Source: Vulcanimicrobiota bacterium (GTDB taxonomy: Bacteria; Vulcanimicrobiota; Xenobia; Xenobiales; JADMJV01). Taken from it: a stretch of 64,000 nt of DNA. A program made the position numbers and the translations under genes. The stretch lies in contig JBFWNU010000007.1 in the NCBI GenBank assembly GCA_050250895.1, positions 96,001 through 160,000 on the forward strand, given 5' to 3'. Below, one piece after another: positions 30,370-40,283 of this stretch. Each line of letters starts with the position of its first letter. Position 1 is the stretch's first letter. The notes beneath the pieces were generated by a model. It was not told the DNA's origin. It searched no databases and saw only the letters and a list, made by a program, of their open reading frames with translations.

Positions 30370-31219
30370 CCATTTTGATCTCAAGGGGTATATGACCGAA
30401 CACGCGGCCCGGGTGGACCGGGCGCTCGAGAGTTATCTGCCCGCCGACGCGAGCTATCTTGGCCACGTGGGCGAAGCGATGCGCTATTGTCTTTTCCCGG
30501 GTGGCAAGCGGTTTAGGCCCGTGCTGGCCCTGGCCGCCGCCGAGGCGGTGGGAGCGCCCTACGAGCGCGCCATGCCCGCTGCCTGCGCCTTCGAGATGAT
30601 TCACTGTTTTAGTCTGGCTCACGATGATTTGCCCTGTATGGACGACGACGACGAACGGCGCGGCAAGCCGACCTGTCATAAGGTATACGGTGAGGACGGG
30701 GCCTTGTTGGCCGGCGACGGTCTGGCCATCTGGGCTTTCTATGTGGCCGCCGAGCGTCCTGAGGGGGTCGGGGCCGAGCCCGCCCTGCGGGTGGTGCGCG
30801 AACTGGCCGAGTGCTCGGGTCATCAGGGCATGGTCGGCGGTCAGCTCATCGATCTGGCCGGCCAGCGCGGTTCGGTCGACGGAAAGGGCCTGCAGGCTAT
30901 TCACGCGGCCAAGACCGGGGCCCTGATTCGGGGCGCGGTCCGGTGTGGCGCCATCGTGGGCGGCGCCGACGAGGCTCAGCTCGAGGCCCTGACCCAGTAT
31001 GCCGAACGGGTGGGGCTGGTGTTTCAGATCACCGATGACATTCTTGATGCCGGCGAGGATCCCGAACCCATCAGCTATCCGGCCCTGTTCGGGCTGGAAG
31101 AGTCACGCCGCCTGGCCCGGGTGGCGGTGGAAGAGGCGCTGGCTTACCTCGAGCCGTTCGGTCCGGCCGCCCGTCCGCTGCGCGAACTGGCGACCTTTTT
31201 GCTGGAGCGCGAACAGTAG
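30350..31219 (+). CDS. ispA: Short-chain polyprenyl diphosphate synthase
   Basis: GGKRFRP, HDDLPCMDDDDERRGKPT, GMVGGQLID, KTGALI, FQITDDILD; xseAB synteny. Confidence 0.9.
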   Translation: MSLTTASHFDLKGYMTEHAARVDRALESYLPADASYLGHVGEAMRYCLFPGGKRFRPVLALAAAEAVGAPYERAMPAACAFEMIHCFSLAHDDLPCMDDDDERRGKPTCHKVYGEDGALLAGDGLAIWAFYVAAERPEGVGAEPALRVVRELAECSGHQGMVGGQLIDLAGQRGSVDGKGLQAIHAAKTGALIRGAVRCGAIVGGADEAQLEALTQYAERVGLVFQITDDILDAGEDPEPISYPALFGLEESRRLARVAVEEALAYLEPFGPAARPLRELATFLLEREQ

Positions 31220-32746
31220 GTGAATCCGTCCGCGGCTTCCACCCGGTTGCCTCGGGCCGTGCAAGACCTGGGTCGGGCTCTCGACAGGGCGGGAGCTGGT
31301 CCGGTGGCCTGGCGCGGAGCGGGCGGTGAATTCTATTATCATTTGACCGGCAGCCCGTATCGGGCCCTGGAAGAGTTGTCTCTGTCGGCCACCACGACCT
31401 ACGAGATGCTGGCCAGAGCCATCGGCTGGTACACGGCCCGACGACTCGATGGTCTACGCTCGCCCCTGACGGTGGTGCTCGACCGCCCGCCGTCATCCGA
31501 GACGCAAGACTTGCTGGCCGTGGCCGTGGGCCGCAATCTCAATCTGGTCTGTGTCCTGCTCGACCTGGGTCGCAAGGCCCCCACCTCGCTCTGGAACCCG
31601 CTGCGCCGCGAGGCCCCCAGCGGTCACCCCGAAGAGTTGTGCGAAGAGACCGGCATGCGGCTGGTCGGCTGCTTCGATGCGCGCAAGCCGGATCGCCTCG
31701 AACGCGAACTTGACGAGACCCTGGCCGACGGTGGGACCCGGTTGGTGGTGGTCCAGTGCGAGGCTCCTGAGGAAGCCTCGAGCGGCTCGCTGCCGCCGGT
31801 GCGGGTCGAATCGGGCTGGGCTAGCGAGCTTTTACTCGATAACGTGCTCGAGCGGATGGCCCTGGATCTGGCCGACTCTAATAACGAATTGGTGTTCTGG
31901 GCTCGCTCCGGCTCTCCGGGACCGTTGAAGAGGCTGGGCGAACGCCTGGTCATCAGCAACTTGCGAGGCATCATCGAGCAGGCCGTGGGCGTGAGCGTGG
32001 CCGGCTTCTATCCCATCTTGATCGTGCCGGCTTCGGGGTTGCCCGAGTTGCTGCCCGAGCTACTCGAGTATGGGTCTTTTCCGGCCAGCGTGTTGGTGGC
32101 CGATGGGGGCCTCTCGCCTCTGCTCGACGGCGAGGGCAATCCTTACTATCATCCCGCCGGACTGCGGGATCTCTCGTTTTTGCGCACGCTCCCGGGCGCG
32201 GCCACGGCCTGCCCGGCCGACGAAGAGGAGGCGGCGGCGCTGCTGCGGGCCGCCCGCAGCCATCCCGGCTTTGTGGTTCTTCGCTTTAGCTCGGCCCCAT
32301 CGGTGGGCATTCCTGGCGAAGCCGTGGCCATCGGCCGAGGGCGCCGCTTGAGGCAGGGGAAAGACGCCGCGATCATGGTGGTGGGCAGCACGGTTTTTCC
32401 GGCCGTGCTGGCGGCCGAGAGCATGCGGGCCTGGGGTATCGAGGTGGCCGTCTATGATATGCGGTTCGTGCGGCCTCTCGATCTCGGCTTGCTAAAAGAG
32501 GCGGCTCGTTGCGGCACCCTGGTCACGGTGGAAGAGCATCTGGTCACGGGCGGCTTTGGGTCGAGCGTGCTCGAGGCGCTGGGCCAGGAAGAGTTCGAGC
32601 CGGTGCGGGTGCGCTGTCTGGGCATCCCCGAGGGAGAGCATGAAGTGGCCACCGCCGCTCCCCTGGAAAGTTTTCGTCTGCACGCTGAGGGCATTGCCGA
32701 TACGGTGCGTCAGATCCTCGGCCTGACGGCTCCCGGTGATTTCTGA
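31220..32746 (+). CDS. Degenerate DXS-like protein (transketolase C-terminal domain intact, ThDP motif lost)
   Basis: dxs position after ispA; C-terminal GRGRRLRQGKD, DMRFVRPLD, LVTVEEH, GGFGS conserved; no GDG, no WDVGHQ. Confidence 0.75.
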   Translation: MNPSAASTRLPRAVQDLGRALDRAGAGPVAWRGAGGEFYYHLTGSPYRALEELSLSATTTYEMLARAIGWYTARRLDGLRSPLTVVLDRPPSSETQDLLAVAVGRNLNLVCVLLDLGRKAPTSLWNPLRREAPSGHPEELCEETGMRLVGCFDARKPDRLERELDETLADGGTRLVVVQCEAPEEASSGSLPPVRVESGWASELLLDNVLERMALDLADSNNELVFWARSGSPGPLKRLGERLVISNLRGIIEQAVGVSVAGFYPILIVPASGLPELLPELLEYGSFPASVLVADGGLSPLLDGEGNPYYHPAGLRDLSFLRTLPGAATACPADEEEAAALLRAARSHPGFVVLRFSSAPSVGIPGEAVAIGRGRRLRQGKDAAIMVVGSTVFPAVLAAESMRAWGIEVAVYDMRFVRPLDLGLLKEAARCGTLVTVEEHLVTGGFGSSVLEALGQEEFEPVRVRCLGIPEGEHEVATAAPLESFRLHAEGIADTVRQILGLTAPGDF

Positions 32747-32903
32747 GGTTGGGTTTCGGGTAAAAGGATCGAGGTCTGCCTGAAGGAACTTCCGGGGGGG
32801 GATTGCGAACAAGTGCTCGATCGATGACGCCTTTTCATTCTAGTTTCAGGGTGGGTGCGTAAAAGAAATAGGGGTTCGGGGCATATCATAGAGCGGGGGT
32901 TCT

Positions 32904-34139
32904 GTGGAATCTTCAGAGAATAGAAGACTCTTCCCACGCGTTGAACACGTCGTTCACGGCTGGTATCGTCTCGGCCAGGAGAAGTTTCGACGGTGCAAGA
33001 CGCTGGATATGTCCCTCCAGGGCGCTTTGCTGGTGGTGGATCACCTCTTCGCGCCAGAAGAGAAGCGCTTCGAACTTCATCTCGATCTCGACGCCGATTG
33101 GCAGATCGCTTTGTTTGCCGAACCCCTCTGGCAGCGACCCATCTTCTTTGGCAAGCAGTTTCTGACCGCGGTTACCTATAAGTTCAAGAATTCCCAGGAC
33201 AAAAGCATGTTTGGGCTGTGGGTCCAACGTTCCAAGACCAGCGACGGCGAACGACCCGACTATCTAGAGCCTCCACGAACCTCGCCAATGGCGTCGAAAT
33301 CCAGTTTTGAAGAAGAACTGCACGTTCCCTCGAAGGTGGTCACCCGGACCCAGCGCTGGCGCCAGTTGTTGGCCAACGTGCGAGCGGTGGTGCCCTGGGT
33401 TGATGAAGAGAAGCTGCTCAAGTGCCGGCGCCGCGAACCTCGCATTCCGGTGGGTATGAGGCTCCGGCTGCTGCATGACGGCCAGCAGACCTCGGTCGAA
33501 CTGCTCAATATCAGTCGGCACGGACTGCGGGTGTATGTCGAGCAGCCGTCGAAGCTGCGCAACGAGGCTGTCCTCATCCTGGATGAAGATTCGCTATTGG
33601 TAGGACGCCGGCGGCTCAAAGTCACGCGCCTGTGGGACCTTGAAACAGAACGATCGGGCCGCGTATTCGGCATGGGGTTGGCCGAGCCGGCCGAAGTGGT
33701 GGACCAATCCTGGCTGGGCGATCTGTTGCGACGCCTGCAGTATGACCTGGTGGAACCGCGCCAGGCTTTGCGCTTGCCGGTGAGCGTTCCGGTGCGGGTG
33801 CTGGCCGAGGACCGAGAAATCCTGGCCGACGGCGAAACCGTCGACATCGGCCTCGGCGGAGCCCTGCTAGAGGTAGACGCCGCCCTGCCGGTGGGCAATA
33901 CCGTAGTTGTTTCGATGTGCGATGGCGAGGAGATAAACTTCGACCTGCTGGCTCGGGTATTGCATCAGGATGCCAGTCAGGGAGTGGGTTTTCGCTACGG
34001 AGTGGCTTTCTTCAAAGGCCGCTCCCAGAGCCATTTGCAGCTTTCGCGAGCCTTGAGCAAGCGGGCTCGATGGTGGAGTTTGGACAGTGAGGGCCGGTCA
34101 CCGGCTGGCCCGGCTACCTTGAGGAGCAGTTATGCCTGA
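32904..34139 (+). CDS. Triple PilZ-domain protein
   Basis: RLFPR/DMSLQG, RREPR/NISRHG, RQALR/DIGLGG. Confidence 0.8.
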   Translation: MESSENRRLFPRVEHVVHGWYRLGQEKFRRCKTLDMSLQGALLVVDHLFAPEEKRFELHLDLDADWQIALFAEPLWQRPIFFGKQFLTAVTYKFKNSQDKSMFGLWVQRSKTSDGERPDYLEPPRTSPMASKSSFEEELHVPSKVVTRTQRWRQLLANVRAVVPWVDEEKLLKCRRREPRIPVGMRLRLLHDGQQTSVELLNISRHGLRVYVEQPSKLRNEAVLILDEDSLLVGRRRLKVTRLWDLETERSGRVFGMGLAEPAEVVDQSWLGDLLRRLQYDLVEPRQALRLPVSVPVRVLAEDREILADGETVDIGLGGALLEVDAALPVGNTVVVSMCDGEEINFDLLARVLHQDASQGVGFRYGVAFFKGRSQSHLQLSRALSKRARWWSLDSEGRSPAGPATLRSSYA

Positions 34140-34485
34140 GCTAAATATTCAGAGCAATGTTGACCGAGGGGTTTCGGTCCTGTCGTTACGGGGGCCGTTT
34201 CGGCTCGCCGGGGCCTCGGAGTTTCGCAAAGCCAGTTCGGGGCTGATCGAAAGTGGGGTGCGCAAAGTCGTGGTCGACCTTTCCGAGGTCGACGAACTCG
34301 ACGGCTTCGGATTGAGTGCGCTGGTGGGATTGCTGGCCCGCCTCCATCGCCTGGGGGGGCGCATGGCCCTGGCGGGCGTGAATCCCGAACTAAAGAAGAG
34401 GTTCGAAGCGACCTGGACCGAGGACGTGTTCAGGCAACATATCACGGTCGCTCAGGCGGCCACGGAGATGCAGAAAAATGGCTGA
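34132..34485 (+). CDS. STAS-domain protein (anti-sigma antagonist-like)
   Basis: VLSLRG, KVVVDLSEVDELDGFGLSALV, GGRMALAGVNP. Confidence 0.85.
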   Translation: MPELNIQSNVDRGVSVLSLRGPFRLAGASEFRKASSGLIESGVRKVVVDLSEVDELDGFGLSALVGLLARLHRLGGRMALAGVNPELKKRFEATWTEDVFRQHITVAQAATEMQKNG

Positions 34486-35599
34486 AGAAGCTGCGGTCAA
34501 GGATGATCGAAAGAAGCTCAGCTCGGATATCAATCCTATCGCCTGGTTGATCTGGGTGGTAGGCCTGGTGTTGTCGCTGCTGGGAACCTGGATGCTGGTG
34601 CGCGAGCAGACTCTGGTCTTTCCCACGGTGGCGGTGCTGCTCTATCTGGCCGGGGCGGTGCTGACCGCTGGCGGTACGGGCCTGGCTCTGAGCCTCACCG
34701 ATCCCGCCGGCTGGGCCTGGGCGTCGCTTTCGGGGGTGATGGCTCTGCTGGTGGGTCCGCTGGGCGTGGTCATGGGAGTGGTTTGCTATCTCATGGCGAG
34801 GGGTCAGCCCACCGGCCAACCGCTTACCGAAGTGGTCAAGGCCGAGATGTGGATCAAGGCCGAAGAGCCCGAAGAGGTCGACGAGCTGGCTCCGCTCGAT
34901 CTCAAGATTCGCGAGCAGGCTCGCACCGAACCCATCGTCGACCTGTTGCCCTATGCTGACGTGGCCACGGCTATCGCCATCGTCAACCGCTTGCGTGAAC
35001 GCGGCAATCATGACGACATCCAGATGATTCGCCAGATATCGCGCGATCCTCGGCCTGAAGTCTATCAGTACGCCATCTCGCAGCTCGACCGTCTGGAAAA
35101 GGAGTTTGCCGGCCGCATCTATCGGATCGAGGCGGACATGAAGGCCCAGCCAGCCCGGACCGAGCTCCGCATCGATCTGGCCCGCGAGTATCTGCGCTAC
35201 ATCGACAGCGGGCTGCTGGACGAGGGCCTTCGGGACTATTATTGGGAACTGACCCTGGCCCACGTGTTCGAGGCCATGCTGGCCCATCCGCGCGGCGAAG
35301 AGCTGGCCGTCGATGTGGCTCACCTGCTGCATATGCAGGGTCTCTACAAGTCGGCCACCCGGGTGGCTCAGGCTGCCCTCAAACGCGCCCCCGAGAGTCT
35401 CCAGGGTCAACTGCTGGTGTTGCAGACCATGGTCGATCAGGCTCAGGCCGAGGGCAAATACACTTTGCTGCGCGAGGCCCGAACTCGAGCCCTGGAATCG
35501 GCCTGGGCCGTGCCCGTCCCGAAGAAACGCGAGGCCGGAGCCGGCCCCACCTTCGATCTGGCCCACTTCTGGTTTGAAGGGAGAAAGTCCAATGCTTGA
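34478..35599 (+). CDS. pelE: PelE-like membrane protein with helical repeats
   Basis: N-terminal TM helices, DPRPEVYQYA, LAREYLRYIDSGLLD; directly upstream of pelF. Confidence 0.65.
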   Translation: MAEEAAVKDDRKKLSSDINPIAWLIWVVGLVLSLLGTWMLVREQTLVFPTVAVLLYLAGAVLTAGGTGLALSLTDPAGWAWASLSGVMALLVGPLGVVMGVVCYLMARGQPTGQPLTEVVKAEMWIKAEEPEEVDELAPLDLKIREQARTEPIVDLLPYADVATAIAIVNRLRERGNHDDIQMIRQISRDPRPEVYQYAISQLDRLEKEFAGRIYRIEADMKAQPARTELRIDLAREYLRYIDSGLLDEGLRDYYWELTLAHVFEAMLAHPRGEELAVDVAHLLHMQGLYKSATRVAQAALKRAPESLQGQLLVLQTMVDQAQAEGKYTLLREARTRALESAWAVPVPKKREAGAGPTFDLAHFWFEGRKSNA

Positions 35600-37100
35600 C
35601 GTTCTCTTCCTGTGCGAGGGTACCTACCCTTACGTCCCCGGCGGTGTGTCGAGCTGGATTCACTCACTCATCGTCGGCATGCCCGAACTCAAGTTTGGGG
35701 TGCTCTATCTGGCTCCATCCGAAAAGGACGAGCTCAAGCTACGCTACCAGTTGCCCCCGAATCTGGTGGAGCTGGTCGTCTTTCCGCTCTATGACCTGGT
35801 TTATAGGCCCCAGCCCACCAGCCCCTTCAAGTCGGGGGCCTGGCAGGATGTCGAGCCGTTCATCGAGGGGATCATCCAGGGCGAGGCGCGAGGTTTCGAC
35901 AAAGCCTTTCCGCATCTGTGCGGCAGCGGTGACCGCGAGCCGACCCTGACCATGAAAGAGCTGGCGACTTCGTTCGAGAGCTGGAAGATGCTCACTGACT
36001 CCTATCAGCGCAACTACCCCAAGTCGTCGTTCAACGACTTTTTCTGGTCCTGGCGCTACGCATTCTTGCCCCTGTTCAAGCTGTTCCACGCCGATATCCC
36101 TCCGGCCCGCCTCTACCATACGGTGACCACCGGTTGGAGCGGCATGCTGGCAGCTATCGCCGCCCGCCGTCGCAAGCGCCCTTTCATCGTCACCGAGCAC
36201 GGCCTCTACGTCAACGAACGCCGGATCGAGATCTCGCAGGCTGACTGGATCTATGTGGACGCTCCCACCCGAGGCGCCCTCGAAATCGGCTTTGGTACCT
36301 TCAAAGAGATCTGGATCAACCTGTTCCTGGCTCTGGGCAAACTCTGCTACCACGACGCCAGCCGCATTTACACCCTCTTCGAGGGCAACCGCGACAAAGA
36401 GATCGAGTTCGGGGCCCCGGCCGACAAGATCGACATCATTCCCAACGGCGTCAACGTCGATCACTTCGTCTCGATCGAAAAACGCGCTCTGCCCGAGAAG
36501 CGCGACGCCTTCCGGGTGGGACTCATCGGCCGGGTGGTGCCCATCAAGGACATCAAGACCTTCATCAAAGCCTGCCGCCATATGGCTCAGGAAATCTCGA
36601 CCCTCGAGGTCTATATCTGCGGGCCCACCGACGAGGACCCTGAATATTACACCGAGTGCGAGACGCTGGTGGATGCCCTGGGCCTCAACCAGGTGGTCAA
36701 GTTCACCGGCCGGGTGGACGTCAGCCAATACTATCCGTGCCTCGATGTGCAGGTGTTGACCAGTATTTCTGAGGGTCAGCCTCTGGTCGTTTTGGAAGGC
36801 TTCTGTTCGGGGCTACCGTGTGTGGCCACCGATGTGGGGGCCTGCTCTGAGCTGGTCAACGGTCGCAGCGCCGAGGACATCGCCCTGGGACCGGCCGGAG
36901 TGGTGACCTGGGTCGGCAACCCTCGTCAGACGGCCGAGGCGGTCATCGACCTCTATCACAAGCCCGCCAAACGTCGGGCCATGGGAGAGGCGGGCAAGGA
37001 GCGGGTCAGGCGATATTATCAGCGCTCGGACATGCTCGACGCCTATCGGCGAATTTACGAGTCGCACATCCAGAAACTCGAGAAAGTAGGGGCCGGATAA
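35592..37100 (+). CDS. pelF: GT4 glycosyltransferase PelF
   Basis: EGTYPYVPGGVSSWIH, TEHGLY, GRVVPIKDIKTFIKA, LTSISEGQPLVVLE. Confidence 0.93.
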   Translation: MLDVLFLCEGTYPYVPGGVSSWIHSLIVGMPELKFGVLYLAPSEKDELKLRYQLPPNLVELVVFPLYDLVYRPQPTSPFKSGAWQDVEPFIEGIIQGEARGFDKAFPHLCGSGDREPTLTMKELATSFESWKMLTDSYQRNYPKSSFNDFFWSWRYAFLPLFKLFHADIPPARLYHTVTTGWSGMLAAIAARRRKRPFIVTEHGLYVNERRIEISQADWIYVDAPTRGALEIGFGTFKEIWINLFLALGKLCYHDASRIYTLFEGNRDKEIEFGAPADKIDIIPNGVNVDHFVSIEKRALPEKRDAFRVGLIGRVVPIKDIKTFIKACRHMAQEISTLEVYICGPTDEDPEYYTECETLVDALGLNQVVKFTGRVDVSQYYPCLDVQVLTSISEGQPLVVLEGFCSGLPCVATDVGACSELVNGRSAEDIALGPAGVVTWVGNPRQTAEAVIDLYHKPAKRRAMGEAGKERVRRYYQRSDMLDAYRRIYESHIQKLEKVGAG

Positions 37101-38572
37101 TGGCTGGCATAGGCTTTCGCCTTCGTTCTTTTACTCAGGAAGGCACCATCGGTGGTTTTCTGAAAGGGTATTACAACGCGGCCCTGGTGGCCTCGGGCCC
37201 CTGGATTCTGACGGTGGTGACACTGATCGCAATTCAGTTCCTAATGCGCCAGACGGCGGCGCGCACCGACCTGTTCCTCGAGACCATCATCTACATTTAT
37301 GCCTTTAGCCTGATCACCACGGCTCCGTTCCAACTGGTGATCACGCGCTATCTGGCCGATCAGCTCGACGCCCAGAAGCTGGGGGCCCATATCCCGTCGC
37401 TGGTTTCGATCACCCTGGTCAGCACCGCTTTTCACGCGGTCGTAGGGTTGCTCTTTTTCTCGACGGTCGAGGTGCCGTGGCTGTATCGTTTCACGGCGGC
37501 GGCCCTGTTTGCGATGGTGGCTCTGGTGTGGTTGTTGATGGCCTTTGTGGGGGCGGTGCGCGCCTTTCATCTGGTGGCCACCGCTTTCGTGTCGGGGACG
37601 ATCGTGAGCATCCTCTCAGCCTATGGCCTGGGCCTTCGCCTGGGAGAGCCAGGCTACCTGATGGGGATGTTGCTGGGGAACTCGATCATCGTGGCTATCT
37701 GCTTGACGGCCCTGGCCCGCGAATTCGAGTGCGCCGCCTCGTTCAACTTCGAGTGGCTCGAGTACTTTCGCGAGACTCCTTATTTGCCGGTGGCCGGAAT
37801 GCTCTATTACGCGGCCATCTGGAGCAGTATCATGATCTACTGGTTCACCATCGGTGACCCGGTCCAACCCCACGTTCTGTTCGCCTACGAGGCCATCGAC
37901 CTGGCATCGTTCTACGCCCAGATGACCATCATTCCGGCGGTCACCATGTTCTACGTCCACAACGAGACTTCGTTCTACGAGGACTATCGCGGCTTCTATA
38001 ACGCCGTGCTCGCCAAGAAGAGCCTCGATGTCATTCGCGATCGCCGCGAGACGCTCGTCAAGAACCTCAAGGAAGCCTTCTTCAATCTGGGACTGGTCCA
38101 GGCGGTGGTGACCTTTGGCGCCATCGCCTTCGCCCCCCAGATCGCCACCGGCTTGCAGATGTCAGAGCACGAACAGCAACTGTTCGTGAACATGGCCCTG
38201 GGCGCAGCGCCGCAGGTGATGCTGCTGTTCGTAATGGTCATCATGTTCTATTTCCAGTTCTACAAAGAGGCTATGTTCACCAGTCTCATCGCCCTGGTCG
38301 GGTGCCTTGGCTTTGGGGCCCTGACTCTGTGGCCGACCCATCGACCCGACCTCTACGGGTTCGGCCTGCTGGGGGGCACCGGTATCGCCCTGGTGGTGGG
38401 GTTGTTCTGGCTCTTTGATCGTCTTTCGCTGCTGGACTACATCACGTTTTCGTCGCAGCCGTTGGCCGAGGAGGTCCCATTCCGGCAGGATATGTTGACC
38501 TCGCGGGGCGGCTTTGGAAAAACTATCGTCCAGGACGGTAAGCTCCTGGTTAAAACGGAGAAATCGCTATGA
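37100..38572 (+). CDS. pelG: Exopolysaccharide transporter PelG
   Basis: MAGIGFRLR start, SGPW, TRYLAD, ETSFYEDYRGFY; many TM helices. Confidence 0.93.
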   Translation: MAGIGFRLRSFTQEGTIGGFLKGYYNAALVASGPWILTVVTLIAIQFLMRQTAARTDLFLETIIYIYAFSLITTAPFQLVITRYLADQLDAQKLGAHIPSLVSITLVSTAFHAVVGLLFFSTVEVPWLYRFTAAALFAMVALVWLLMAFVGAVRAFHLVATAFVSGTIVSILSAYGLGLRLGEPGYLMGMLLGNSIIVAICLTALAREFECAASFNFEWLEYFRETPYLPVAGMLYYAAIWSSIMIYWFTIGDPVQPHVLFAYEAIDLASFYAQMTIIPAVTMFYVHNETSFYEDYRGFYNAVLAKKSLDVIRDRRETLVKNLKEAFFNLGLVQAVVTFGAIAFAPQIATGLQMSEHEQQLFVNMALGAAPQVMLLFVMVIMFYFQFYKEAMFTSLIALVGCLGFGALTLWPTHRPDLYGFGLLGGTGIALVVGLFWLFDRLSLLDYITFSSQPLAEEVPFRQDMLTSRGGFGKTIVQDGKLLVKTEKSL

Positions 38573-39510
38573 ATCGACTGCACTACGCCTGGGAGACTTT
38601 CATCCTCTATGGCCTGGTTTGTCTGGTAGGGAAGATCTTTAATGGCGGTAACTGGGCCTTCGTGGGGTCCGCCTTTCACCCGTTCATTTTGATCATCGCC
38701 CTCGAGGCCGTTCAATACGGATTGCATCAGGCGCTGTTCGCGGCCCTGGTGGGTGTGATTCTGTACCTGCTGGCGGCCGGTCAGATGGCCGGGCACGCGG
38801 GTATCCTGTTCTCGATGGCGGTCACCGCGCTGCTGCTGGGATTGACCCAGGAGGCTCGCAACCGGCAGCTGCGCGAAACCCGCTCAGAACTCGAGGAAGT
38901 GCGCACCGACCAGGAGCGCCTGCGCCAGCGCATCAGCGTGTTGACGGCCGCCAACGCCGAACTCAACGAGCGCATCCTGGGCGAGGTCAATACCGTCCAG
39001 TCGTTCTCGGAGATCGCCCGCCGCCTGTCGGTACTCGAGCGTGACGACCTCTATCCGGCTGTATGCCAGTTGATTCGCGACTATCTCCAGGCAACCGAGG
39101 CTTCGTTCTATGACCTGCAAGATGGAGCCCTGGTGATGCGCGCCGAGAGCGGCTGGGCCAAGGTCCCTAAAGAGGCTCAGAAGTTGACCGACGGTGAAGG
39201 GTTGCTGTGGGAGGCGGTGCGCCAGAAGCGGCCGGTGACGGCGATGGAACTCGAGATTCCGGCCAAGGCCGACGCCGCGGACCCGGCCCGTCGTTACGGT
39301 CGTCTGATCGCGGCCCCGGTGCTGCATCCCGACACCAAGGAGCCCATTGGGGTGGTCTCGGTCGACCGCATGCCGTTTAGTCGCTTTCATGGCGCCAGCG
39401 TCAAGATTCTCGGTGTGGTGGCTCGCTGGGCGGGCGACTCGCTCTACAACGCCGCGCTTTTCGAGCAGCTTCGCTCGCAAGTTGAGAAAGGAAAGGTCGC
39501 CAAGGCCTGA
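38569..39510 (+). CDS. pelD: PelD-like protein: TM region + coiled coil + GAF, no GGDEF-like domain
   Basis: HPF...AVQYG TM block, coiled coil ending LNERI, GAF ending GVVSVDRMPF; stops at 313 aa. Confidence 0.65.
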   Translation: MNRLHYAWETFILYGLVCLVGKIFNGGNWAFVGSAFHPFILIIALEAVQYGLHQALFAALVGVILYLLAAGQMAGHAGILFSMAVTALLLGLTQEARNRQLRETRSELEEVRTDQERLRQRISVLTAANAELNERILGEVNTVQSFSEIARRLSVLERDDLYPAVCQLIRDYLQATEASFYDLQDGALVMRAESGWAKVPKEAQKLTDGEGLLWEAVRQKRPVTAMELEIPAKADAADPARRYGRLIAAPVLHPDTKEPIGVVSVDRMPFSRFHGASVKILGVVARWAGDSLYNAALFEQLRSQVEKGKVAKA

Positions 39511-39519
39511 GGTCACCAC

Positions 39520-40272
39520 ATGCTGCGGGAATTACTCAAAGGGATTAAAGCCTTCGTTATCGGGGGCGAGCTACCCACTCCCGACGAAAGTCGGATCGCT
39601 CCGCGCCTGCTTTGCCAGTATCGCGTGAACTTGCTTTACGGAGATACTGAATTCAAAGCTTCGGTAGTGGACATCGGTAGCACCGGGATGCGCCTGGAGG
39701 GCGTGCCCGAGATGAACAAGGGTGACCACCTGCGCATCTCCTACCCCTTTGCCGAGCACTTCCAGGAGGATGTCGGCTTCGAGGTCGAGGTGATGTGGAC
39801 CCGGGTGCGGACCCACGATGGTGTGCGTCTGACTGGCGTGCGCTACATCAAACAGGGCGAGGAACTCAAGGGCACCTGGGTGCGAACCCTGCAAGAAGAG
39901 GTGGGTCTGCATGGCGATTCCACCTTTCAGAAGCGAAAGCACGTGCGGCTGGCGACCACGCTCAAGGCCGAGGTGCGCGACCTCGATTCGGGGCGTTTCC
40001 TCAGTCAGGGCAAGGTCAACAACCTGAGCGTTGGAGGCGCCCTGATCGAGTCACCCGAAGAACTCAAGAAAAACAACCGGGTCATGGCCTTGATCGGCCC
40101 CCACCTCAACTATCCAACCCTCTCCGTCCACGCCCGAGTGCTCAATAGCCGGGCCGACGAAGACGATGGCGTCTATCTGCACAGTCTTCAGTTCGTTGAC
40201 GTCAATAAGAAGCAACTCAAGACTTTGGAACGTCTCGTGCTCAAGATGCTCCAGGGACGCTCGCTAGGTTGA
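39520..40272 (+). CDS. Double PilZ-domain protein
   Basis: RIAPR/DIGSTG and RKHVR/NLSVGG. Confidence 0.82.
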   Translation: MLRELLKGIKAFVIGGELPTPDESRIAPRLLCQYRVNLLYGDTEFKASVVDIGSTGMRLEGVPEMNKGDHLRISYPFAEHFQEDVGFEVEVMWTRVRTHDGVRLTGVRYIKQGEELKGTWVRTLQEEVGLHGDSTFQKRKHVRLATTLKAEVRDLDSGRFLSQGKVNNLSVGGALIESPEELKKNNRVMALIGPHLNYPTLSVHARVLNSRADEDDGVYLHSLQFVDVNKKQLKTLERLVLKMLQGRSLG

Positions 40273-40283
40273 TGGGAGACCGC

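Noticed and set aside
35313-35591. PelF N-terminal extension
   Set aside because: Overlaps pelE in another frame; family motif starts at ATG 35592
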